A stretch of DNA of 30,552 bases from Candidatus Aenigmatarchaeota archaeon. Its GTDB lineage: Archaea > Aenigmatarchaeota > Aenigmatarchaeia > CG10238-14 > SpSt-28. This document shows, one piece after another, positions 8,166-15,767 of the stretch. The stretch is from assembly GCA_039000985.1 (NCBI GenBank), contig JAWBMD010000010.1, forward strand, positions 1 through 30,552, written 5' to 3'. The stretch's first letter is position 1; every line of letters begins with the position of its first letter. The translations under genes and the position numbers were made by a program. A model generated the notes under the pieces. The model was not told the origin of the DNA. It searched no databases and worked only from the letters and a program-made list of their open reading frames with translations.

Positions 8166-8739
8166 TTTCCAACATAACCCAATATTCAATACCATTAACA
8201 ATAAGCTTGTTTTCCCTTATCTCACGCATGAAGACATCTCCACTATCAAAGAATTTTTCTCTAAATTCCTTCCATGAAAAATAAACAGGTCGAATCTTTA
8301 GGTAATAGCGCGAACAAATTAACTTAGTCTTTTCTTCTATTTCCACATCCATTCCAACTTTGTTAAAGACAAGTAAAACGTCTAAATCACTATCTTTGGT
8401 GTACTCACTTCTTGCATATGACCCAAAAATTATTGTAATTAAAGGTTTATTTTCTAGAATAGAAAGAAGATCTAATACAGCATTACTAACCTTTTTAGGC
8501 AATCTTTCTAATCTAAACATCTCTACTTGATATAGATATGGTATGATTTTTCTGCTCTTAAAGTTAATGAAAAACTTAACATTTCTACCTTCTTCCTTTT
8601 TTGTTATAATTTTCTCTCTTAGAAATTTATCTATGTGATTTTTCACTGCCGGTATACTAAGATTTGTTCTCCTTGCTATTTCCCTTAAGTGTATTCCGGG
8701 ATTCAAATAAATCTTTTCCAAAATTTCTACTTTTTTCAT
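8152..8739 (-). CDS. wHTH-MNT antitoxin
   Basis: PGIHLREIARRTNLSIPAVKNHI HTH and GSYARSEYTKDSDLD motif. Confidence 0.92.
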   Translation of the reverse strand: MKKVEILEKIYLNPGIHLREIARRTNLSIPAVKNHIDKFLREKIITKKEEGRNVKFFINFKSRKIIPYLYQVEMFRLERLPKKVSNAVLDLLSILENKPLITIIFGSYARSEYTKDSDLDVLLVFNKVGMDVEIEEKTKLICSRYYLKIRPVYFSWKEFREKFFDSGDVFMREIRENKLIVNGIEYWVMLENEKA

Positions 8740-8750
8740 AATATAATTTT

Positions 8751-8789
8751 TATATCATTTGATATATAAAATATATCATTACTATGATA
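8751..8789 (-). promoter_or_regulatory. Two TATCA...TGATA palindromes flanking the TATA box
   Basis: TATATCATTTGATATA 8751-8766 and TATCATTACTATGATA 8774-8789. TTTATATA on the minus strand at about 8763-8770. Confidence 0.6.
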
Positions 8790-8836
8790 GAGTAGTGTTA
8801 AAAAGAAGAAAAGCAATCTTGTATGTAAAATTTCAT

Positions 8837-9045
8837 ACCAATAAACAATAGCAATTCCAGCTTAAAAACATTAATAAAACTAGATATATTAACAAACTAG
8901 CAATAAGCGGTGGACAAGCTTTTTTAGAAATTTTTTCTTTGATTATTTGCTTATCCGATCTCTGGTAATGTCCTGTATTAACAAATAAAGTTAAGCTTAT
9001 AATTAAAGGTTTAAAACATGCCTATGGTTTAACGATAAAAGATAC
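8837..9045 (+). pseudogene. Collapsed remnant of the PD-(D/E)XK nuclease gene
   Basis: 8837-8863 AAAATTTCATACCAATAAACAATAGCA vs about 110-136 AAAATTTCATGCTAACAAATGATAGCA, 22/27 and all differences transitions. 8975-9045 translates VLTNKVKLIIKGLKHA/WFNDKRY vs ALASRTKLAVKDFKCAWFDDKIY. Confidence 0.7.
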
Positions 9046-9046
9046 C

Positions 9047-9496
9047 TTAATTTTTTTTCTTTAAGATCTTTTTTATTTCTTCTATGACAAATTCTGCACT
9101 TTTAATAGCCTCCTCTGCTTCTTCCTTTGTTGCAAAAAATTCCAATTCATATAGATCTTCATGTCTCAAGTCTCTAAATCTATCCAATAAATCAACAATC
9201 GACCGATCTAATTTTTTAGTGTTAACATATTTTTTCTCAATATATCTCACCAAGCAATAATGACTTTTCTCTCTAAAGCCATCTTTAAAAAGTAAAGCTC
9301 TAGCTGCATGAAACATAGCTGAATAGGAAGAAACTAAACAACTGTCAAAAAGTCCGAACTCAAAATTTTTCTTTGCTTCTTCCAACCATCTTCTTGCTTT
9401 ACGAACACTTTTTAAGGACTTTTCCTTAGATGGCAATGTTTTCTTTATCAAACCCTTTTCAAAACATCTTTTTAACTCATTCGATTCCCTCACCAT
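9047..9496 (-). CDS. HEPN-domain protein (UPF0332-like)
   Basis: SSYSAMFHAARALLFKDGFREKSH...RHEDLYE. Start uncertain (9496 or 9514), overlapping the MNT end. Confidence 0.9.
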   Translation of the reverse strand: MVRESNELKRCFEKGLIKKTLPSKEKSLKSVRKARRWLEEAKKNFEFGLFDSCLVSSYSAMFHAARALLFKDGFREKSHYCLVRYIEKKYVNTKKLDRSIVDLLDRFRDLRHEDLYELEFFATKEEAEEAIKSAEFVIEEIKKILKKKN

Positions 9497-10013
9497 AAAG
9501 TACAATAGAACCAAAAACTAAAGAATAATAGAAAATTGGATCTTCAGTTTTCAATCTTTCAATCCTTTCTGGAGTAAGGACTAATATTTGTACATTTCTC
9601 CCTAACTCTTTCCTTATTTCATTTGAAACTCTAGCCACTTTTATTTCTCCAGGATACTTATTAGTTTTTATCCAAATGTCCAAATCACTATCTTCGTGGT
9701 TAGTTCCATTTGCCCATGAACCATAAACACCAGTACCCTTGGCTCTAATTTCTTTTAATTTTTTTATAACACTTTTTTTAATCAACTTTTTAATATTAAA
9801 AAAAATCTTTAGTCCCTTAACATATGGGTTAGATAAATCAACTCTATTATTTCTGATTATTTTATACTTGCAAAGAGTTTTCAAAGTCCTACTTACATAA
9901 GCAGGACTTATTTTTAACAACTTTGCTAGCTCCCTAATCTTTATCTTTTTTGTTGGATTATCACAAATGAATTCTATTATTTTTTCCCTTTTTTTCGAAG
10001 TAAGTATTAACAT
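9477..10013 (-). CDS. wHTH-MNT antitoxin
   Basis: IKIRELAKLLKISPAYVSRTL HTH and GSWANGTNHEDSDLD motif. Confidence 0.92.
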   Translation of the reverse strand: MLILTSKKREKIIEFICDNPTKKIKIRELAKLLKISPAYVSRTLKTLCKYKIIRNNRVDLSNPYVKGLKIFFNIKKLIKKSVIKKLKEIRAKGTGVYGSWANGTNHEDSDLDIWIKTNKYPGEIKVARVSNEIRKELGRNVQILVLTPERIERLKTEDPIFYYSLVFGSIVLYGEGIE

Positions 10014-10026
10014 ATAATAAATTTAT

Positions 10027-10067
10027 TGTTTCTTATTTATAAACATTTTGTTTCCTTCTAGGCAACA
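10027..10067 (-). promoter_or_regulatory. Two 19-bp TGTT-N11-AACA operators
   Basis: TGTTTCTTATTTATAAACA 10027-10045 (contains the TTTATAAA TATA box) and TGTTTCCTTCTAGGCAACA 10049-10067. Confidence 0.65.
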
Positions 10068-10090
10068 CTTCAAATCTTTTAAATTGGATG

Positions 10091-10157
10091 ACTAAGCTTG
10101 CTATAAAAGATTTAAAACGCATATGACTTAATGATAAATTTTAGTTTAATTTTTCCT
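10091..10157 (+). repeat. Degenerate copy of the nuclease 3' end
   Basis: About 42/57 ungapped identity to about 366-422. Translates TKLAIKDLKRI*LNDKF*F vs TKLAVKDFKCAWFDDKIYF. Confidence 0.8.
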
Positions 10158-10214
10158 GTGTACTAAATGTTATAGATAATAGTTGTTATTAAGTTTGTTA
10201 CAACAAAAATTCAC

Positions 10215-10283
10215 ATTATTTTATCGAAAAATATTTAAAAATTGACATTTAAATATCAATTATGATAGAAGAAGTACTAATTA
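10215..10283 (+). repeat. 69-bp copy of the promoter and first codons of the ATPase at 11812
   Basis: Matches 11765-11833 with 2 mismatches (MIEEVLI vs MVEEVLI). Cut exactly at the IS left end. Confidence 0.9.
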
Positions 10284-10809
10284 CCTAACTTTCCTATAAG
10301 TTTATCACTACACTCAACTAAACCCTTTCTAGGGTGCTATTCATGAAAGATATTTAAATATGTAATGATAAAGTATCATTATATGAGCTTTATCAGAAAG
10401 CTTAGATTAAAGATAAAACTTATCTTGTATAGGTAAAAAATTTTTTAAGCAGAAATATGTTAGATATCTTGGTATAATTGTTTTAAAGATTAGGAAAGTA
10501 TGTAGTTTTGATTTTGAAAAATATTATGAAAAATAGCGATGCAGCAAGATGTTATTTCGAGAAGGATTTAATAGAAAGAAGCTTTAGATGTTTAAAAGGT
10601 ATTCTTGGTTTACTGTTGACTTGAGGGAAGAATAAACCTCCATTGAATTATATTTTAATGAAAACTTCTCATTTGGAGCTAGGTATAGAAAAAGTGATTG
10701 AAGAGTTGAAGGGGATTTATAGAATGGAGTTTGTATATTCAACTCTCTCGAAAAATCAAGAAAGAATATTAAAACGTTTTAACATTATAAAATTTATAAG
10801 AAAGATAGG
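10284..10809 (+). mobile_element. Internally deleted IS1634-like element (526 bp)
   Basis: TIRs CCTAACTTTCCTATAAGTTT / CCTATCTTTCTTATAAATTT (17/20) with flanks TAATTA and TAATTT. Transposase fragments MSFIRKL, KDKTYLV, KQKYVRYLG, YFEKDLIERSFRCLKGILGL and IEELKGIY...STLSKNQERILK. Confidence 0.8.
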
Positions 10810-10810
10810 T

Positions 10811-10879
10811 AATTTATGCTTACTAAGAAGAACAAATTTGTTGTTGATTAAATTGTAAAATTATACTAACTTCTTCCCC
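10811..10879 (+). repeat. Degenerate copy of the nuclease 3' end
   Basis: AATTTATGCTT is identical to 338-348, followed by AAGAAGAACAAA vs AAGCAGAACAAA and a TTCTTCCCC end comparable to TTTTTTCCT. Confidence 0.6.
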
Positions 10880-10945
10880 AATAAAAAAGATTAACATGTT
10901 TAATAAAAACAATTGAAATTAGTCAAAGAATCTTTCACGAAAATG

Positions 10946-11332
10946 TTACCATACTGTTTTAACTAGCTTTGAATTTATTATCTTTTCGTCTTTTGTTATT
11001 AAAGGAACATTTAATAATTTAGCAGTAGCAACTATAATTCTATCATGAAGATCTTCAAGCTTAGTTAAAACCTGGCATGTTAGCACTATCTCTTCATCTA
11101 AAGGATAGACAAGATAGTTGAAGCTCTCTTTTATTTTCAAAACCATTTCCTTAAATTTTAAATTAATCTTCTTTTTTTCGCATACATATAGACATTCGAG
11201 GAGAACTATACTTGGAATAACTATAATTTCTGCTCCTTGATCACATAACCTAAAAATTTCTCTTGCTTTAGAGCTCAATCTCTTATCTCTAGTTAAAAAC
11301 CATAAAAAGCTGTGCGTATCTGTAACATACAT
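10946..11332 (-). CDS. vapC: PIN-domain (VapC) ribonuclease toxin
   Basis: MYVTDTH...IVLLE...DLHDRIIVATA...LITKD; all PIN acidic residues present. Confidence 0.92.
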   Translation of the reverse strand: MYVTDTHSFLWFLTRDKRLSSKAREIFRLCDQGAEIIVIPSIVLLECLYVCEKKKINLKFKEMVLKIKESFNYLVYPLDEEIVLTCQVLTKLEDLHDRIIVATAKLLNVPLITKDEKIINSKLVKTVW

Positions 11333-11333
11333 A

Positions 11334-11531
11334 TCAAGCAGCGAATTTAAATACCATTCTCTTAGCTTCTTCTATCTCCATTTCCTCTATCTTAATTCCT
11401 TTTAGTAAACCTTCTAGTGCAATTTTCCTTTTAGGTAATTTTTTAGATTTTATTATTAGAACCTTCAATATTTGAATTTCACTTTCTATTTTTTTAAGCT
11501 TTGGGTAAAGCTCTTTTAAGTCTAGTCTCAT
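11334..11531 (-). CDS. VapB-type antitoxin
   Basis: 65 aa immediately upstream of PIN; paralog of 1234-1440. Confidence 0.78.
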   Translation of the reverse strand: MRLDLKELYPKLKKIESEIQILKVLIIKSKKLPKRKIALEGLLKGIKIEEMEIEEAKRMVFKFAA

Positions 11532-11759
11532 ATAATTTATTTTAGTTTTTTTATAATATAGTTAAAATATATCGTTGCTATACTTACTAATTACCTCAAT
11601 AGAAGTTTAGAAAGATGTACAATAAAAACAAAAAAACAGTTTTTCGATGAAGCACAAGTTAGATAATAAAAAGAACAATATCAAATTCTTTAATTCAACT
11701 ATGAAAATCTTATAGTTAAAGATGAGCTAAAAAATACAACAAATATAAATTGTTAAAAA

Positions 11760-11810
11760 TTGATATTATTTTATCGAAAAATATTTAAAAATTGACATTT
11801 AAATATCAAT
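11760..11810 (+). promoter_or_regulatory. TATA box flanked by two TTGAYA-N6-TATCRA palindromes
   Basis: TTGATATTATTTTATCGA 11760-11777, TATTTAAA 11782-11789 and ATTGACATTTAAATATCAAT 11791-11810, just before ATG 11812. Confidence 0.6.
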
Positions 11811-11811
11811 T

Positions 11812-13134
11812 ATGGTAGAAGAAGTATTAATTAGAGAACAAAACCCTTGGTGGATATCTAAAGAGAGAATTTTTGAAGATGAAAAAATAAAAGAAGTCTT
11901 TTTAAGAAAAAATAAGCTTTTGTATAGTTTTGAAAGGAAATCCAATATGCTTTTCTTTGGCCCAAGACAAACTGGAAAAACAACATATTTTAAGCTTTTG
12001 ATTTATGACTTACTATTCAATAAAAACATAGACCCTAAAAAAATATTTTATTTTAGTTGTGAAATGTTAAGAAAGTTTGAAGAAATAGTAGAGCTAATTA
12101 GAAAGTTAGATATGCTTGTAGAAGGTGAAAAATATGTTTTTCTTGATGAAATAAGTTTTGTTGAAGAGTGGGAAAGAGCAATAAAATATATTCTAGATTC
12201 ACCTTTATCTAAACAAAAAATTTTTTACATAACTGGTTCCTCTTCTATAGCAATTGAAAAAGAAAGCTTTCCTGGTAGAGCAATTGAAATAAAAGAATTT
12301 CTTCCACTTAATTTTCGAGCATTTGTAAGTATATTTGGAAGTGAAGAGCTAAAGAAAAACTTGCAAAAAGTCGAATTCATTAACTTAAATGAAATTTTTG
12401 AAAAAGCAAAAAAAGTATTTCCTTATATTGATGAATTCAACAAGCTTTTCTTTAAATATTTACAATGTGGAGGATTCCCAAGAGCTTTTTATGAATTAAT
12501 GGAAAATGGAGAAATAAAAGAAGAAACTTATGACATTTACTGGAAATGGTTAATTCATGATATAGCAAAAATAAATAAAAGTGAAAAAATAGTTACTGGC
12601 TTGCTTTTGGGTATATTAAAAAATTATTCGACAAAATTTTCTTTTAGCTCAATTGCAAAAGATGTGGAAATAGGTTCTCATGTAACAGTAAGAGAGTACT
12701 TAGAAATATTAGAAGATTTGTTTGTAATAAGAAATTTTCATACTTTTGATTTAAACAAAAAAATTGTAGTTTACAGAAAAATGAGAAAAGCTTATTTCAT
12801 AGATCCTTTCTTGTTTCATGTGATACAAAGAAAATTAACTGGAAAAAAGGAAGTAGATAATGATAAGATTGTTGAAGGGGTTGTTGTTGAAAGCTTAACA
12901 AGAGCTATAAAAGATAAACTCAAAATAGGATTTTATCATAATAAAAAAGAAATTGATATTTGCTTTAGCAATTTCGGTATTGAAGTTAAATGGCAAGAAA
13001 ATGTTAATTTTAAAGATTTTCCAAAAGTTGATATAAAAAATAAAATTTTACTTTCCAAAAATACATTAGAGTTTGATGAAGCTCATAATATTTTAATACT
13101 TCCTGTTAGCTTGTTCTTATCTCTTATTCCTTAA
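11812..13134 (+). CDS. AAA+ superfamily ATPase (AAA_14 + DUF4143)
   Basis: QNPWW, Walker A GPRQTGKT, Walker B VFLDEIS, TGSSS, GGFP, YFIDP and EIDI...GIEVKW. Confidence 0.92.
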   Translation: MVEEVLIREQNPWWISKERIFEDEKIKEVFLRKNKLLYSFERKSNMLFFGPRQTGKTTYFKLLIYDLLFNKNIDPKKIFYFSCEMLRKFEEIVELIRKLDMLVEGEKYVFLDEISFVEEWERAIKYILDSPLSKQKIFYITGSSSIAIEKESFPGRAIEIKEFLPLNFRAFVSIFGSEELKKNLQKVEFINLNEIFEKAKKVFPYIDEFNKLFFKYLQCGGFPRAFYELMENGEIKEETYDIYWKWLIHDIAKINKSEKIVTGLLLGILKNYSTKFSFSSIAKDVEIGSHVTVREYLEILEDLFVIRNFHTFDLNKKIVVYRKMRKAYFIDPFLFHVIQRKLTGKKEVDNDKIVEGVVVESLTRAIKDKLKIGFYHNKKEIDICFSNFGIEVKWQENVNFKDFPKVDIKNKILLSKNTLEFDEAHNILILPVSLFLSLIP

Positions 13135-13351
13135 GTTGAATTTGATTCCACGATATTTAATTTCGAAGCTCAATAAAATTATTACTCCTATTTGTAAAGA
13201 ACATCTTTTAACATAATATAAAAACAAAAATAAAAATTTCCTACATGAATAGTTAAAGTTTCTCCGAAATTCACTGAAAACCTTTATATATTTAAAGCGA
13301 GCTTGAGTTGGGAACGAAATATATTTGAAGAGCAAAAGATAATATGAAACT

Positions 13352-13613
13352 ATGAGAACAATAAAAATTAGTATAGAAGACGAATTTCTAAGAAGCTATG
13401 AAAAGATTTGGATATACAAAAGGTTCATTAACCATGGCAGCAAGAGAAGCAATCTCTAAATGGCTAGAAACCAAAAAATCAGAAAAAGAAATAGAAGAAT
13501 TTAAAAAAATATTGAAAGGGGCTTCTGGATTTTGGAGCAAGGAAAGTGGATATAGATATATAAGAAAACTTAGAATAGAAGATGAAAAAAGAGCCAAAAG
13601 GCTTTGTATATGA
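13352..13613 (+). pseudogene. Ribbon-helix-helix antitoxin, frameshifted near the 5' end
   Basis: ATG 13352 MRTIKISIEDE (RHH beta strand) is out of frame with AMKRFGYTKGSLTMAAREAISKWL...GASGFW...YIRKLR. The stop overlaps the PIN start (ATGA). Confidence 0.7.
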
Positions 13614-13987
13614 GGAAAATTCTTGTTGATTCGGATATAATTATTGATGTATTAAGAAATTTTAGAAAAACAAAAGAAATCTTAGAAAAAATTTCAGAAG
13701 AAGATTTATACATTTCGGGAATAACAGAATTAGAAATATTTGCTGGAGAAGATATGAAAGATGAACAAAAGAAAAGAATTGTTACTGACTTTCTTTCAAA
13801 ATTTAAGAAAATAAACCCAAATAATGAAATTTTTCAACTAGCGGGAGAGTTCAGAAGAAAGTATAAACTTCCACCTTTAGATTGCATAATAGCTGCTACA
13901 GTATATTTGATAAATGCATAATTATTTACAAAAAATTTCAAAGACTTTGGAAAAATAGAGGAAATTAAACTATTTAGCTTTTTATAA
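13610..13987 (+). pseudogene. vapC: PIN-domain (VapC) toxin with a premature stop
   Basis: MRKILVDSDIIID...ITELE...LDCIIAAT..INA*LFTKNFKDFGKIEEIKLFSFL*. The in-frame TAA at 13919-13921 removes the TxNxKDF motif. Confidence 0.85.
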
Positions 13988-14635
13988 CTTATTTGCTTTT
14001 TACTATCCAAATCCTTTTCAAAAAAATATCCTTGGTAACATAAAAATTATCCGTACTAATAAAATTTTTCCATTGATTTAGCGTAAAGTATGTATTACCC
14101 ATATCAATTATCTTATGAATTTTAAATAGAATGCTTTTATAATTAACTTTCCTCCTGCATCACTTGTCTCCTATACATGCTACAGAAAGCACAAAAATCG
14201 AATCATCTAAATAATCACTTCTTTACAAATTTTCTAATTTTTCGACCAATTCCTTAAAGAGATACACTTAAATACTTCGTAATAACAACAGTAGTCAGCT
14301 ACTATTTATAGGAAATATAATCGACATATTTACAAACAATTCTAGAAAACTACGATTATTATTTAATTTAATCCAAAATGCTGCTATATTCATTAGACTT
14401 GTTCTAAAAGTTCTAAAAAACTAAATAATTGCAAGTAAACTCCTTAAGTAATATGGATTGGGCAAATAGAAAATTAAATATTTTATAATATGTTTGAAAA
14501 TAAATAATGGTCTAATATAAAACATTCTATAAATCTTTTGAGCCCTCCATCTTATAATACATATTTTTATGAAATAAAATAATTGTAAACTATTTAGTTA
14601 CTAAAAGTATATAATCTTTATTCACGAAGAAAAAA

Positions 14636-15636
14636 TTAACACCTATTCAATACATTTTTTATTAAATAATCAAAAAGTTTCGATGCAATAAGTCTGTGAC
14701 CTTCTTCGTTTGGATGTGCATCTACAATAGAGTTATTATTATAGATCATTAAGTTTTGTGCATAAAAGCTTGGATCGATGTTTAGCTTAAGAAAAGTAAC
14801 ATGATTATAACCTTTCATTACATCTTCTAAAACTTCATCATAACCAAAACCGATTTCATAATGAGGAGTAAATATAACTACTTTAGTTTTACTTTTTCTA
14901 GTTAATTCAAAAAACTCTTTAACGGATAAACTATATACTCTTCTTTTAATGTGTGGTTTTTAAGAATATTATATAATTTTCTGAATTCACCGTGCTTTAT
15001 ACCTAATACCTTCAAATGGTTTTCTGTGTCCTCGTGAGGCGGTACGTTCACATTGGAAGTAAATTCTAGCCACACTTCATTTGGAACAGAAAAATCATCC
15101 TCTTTTAAAATCCAAATTACTAAATCTGGATTATACTTAGCACCTTTTAATTTAAATCTTAAATAGCTATAGGCTATATCGTAACCAGCAACACCTAAAT
15201 TGATTACTTCAAATTTTTTGTAGGTAGTACAATTCCTAGAATAATTGTTTAATAAATCCTCTAATTGCTCAGAATAATTATCGGTAATATTAACCCACAT
15301 TCCTTCAGCGAAAGAATCTCCGATAGATATTATTCTATATGTATTTTTCTCTTTATTTACAGAATAGTTATATCTATCAACAAATCCATCACTATTTACA
15401 GGTAAAATTATATTCCTTTTGAAAAGAGGTGAAAAATATGTTCTAAAATGTCCTGTTGGTTCAAAAAAGTATTTATATTCTACTTGGCTTTCGTTATAAA
15501 ACATCAATTGGGATTTATTTAAATAATCAACTATTATAGTATAACGGTTATTTCCTGAAATTAACGTAATAGATAGATGAACTATAAAGACTAATTCTAA
15601 TAAAATTATCATAATTAAAACTAAAATCTTCCTCAT
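14636..15636 (-). pseudogene. SGNH/GDSL hydrolase with N-terminal membrane anchor, single frameshift
   Basis: IGDSFAEG, VINLGVAGY and DAHPN motifs are split over two ORFs. Adding one base to the A6 run at 14909-14914 gives KSFFELTRKSKTKVVIF...VMKGYNH in one frame (paralog reads NFFQLT). Confidence 0.85.
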
Positions 15637-15767
15637 AATTAATAAATTAAACTCATTATATTTACATATTTTGTATTTCTTAAAACTTAATAACTTATTC
15701 TCAAATCATTCTCAAGCATATAATACATTTATTTAATCACGTTTTGAATTTATCAACAAAACTTATA

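Noticed and set aside
10643..10858. 71-aa ORF as a stand-alone gene
   Set aside because: It is the transposase C-terminal fragment reading through the right TIR into a nuclease remnant.
11585..11596. TACTAATTACCT identical to the IS left junction at 10275-10286
   Set aside because: Only 12 bp in AT-rich DNA and the TIR similarity does not extend, so it cannot support another IS end.
887..11723. CRISPR array or classical integron attC sites
   Set aside because: The repeats are irregularly spaced, highly degenerate, non-palindromic and derived from coding sequence. No cas1/cas2 or tyrosine integrase is present in the window.
2058..13921. Stop-codon reassignment suggested by in-frame stops (TAG 2058, TGA about 4083, TAA 13919)
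   Set aside because: All three stop types occur, together with frameshifts and deletions, and long genes are open in the standard code. Ordinary pseudogenisation explains it.
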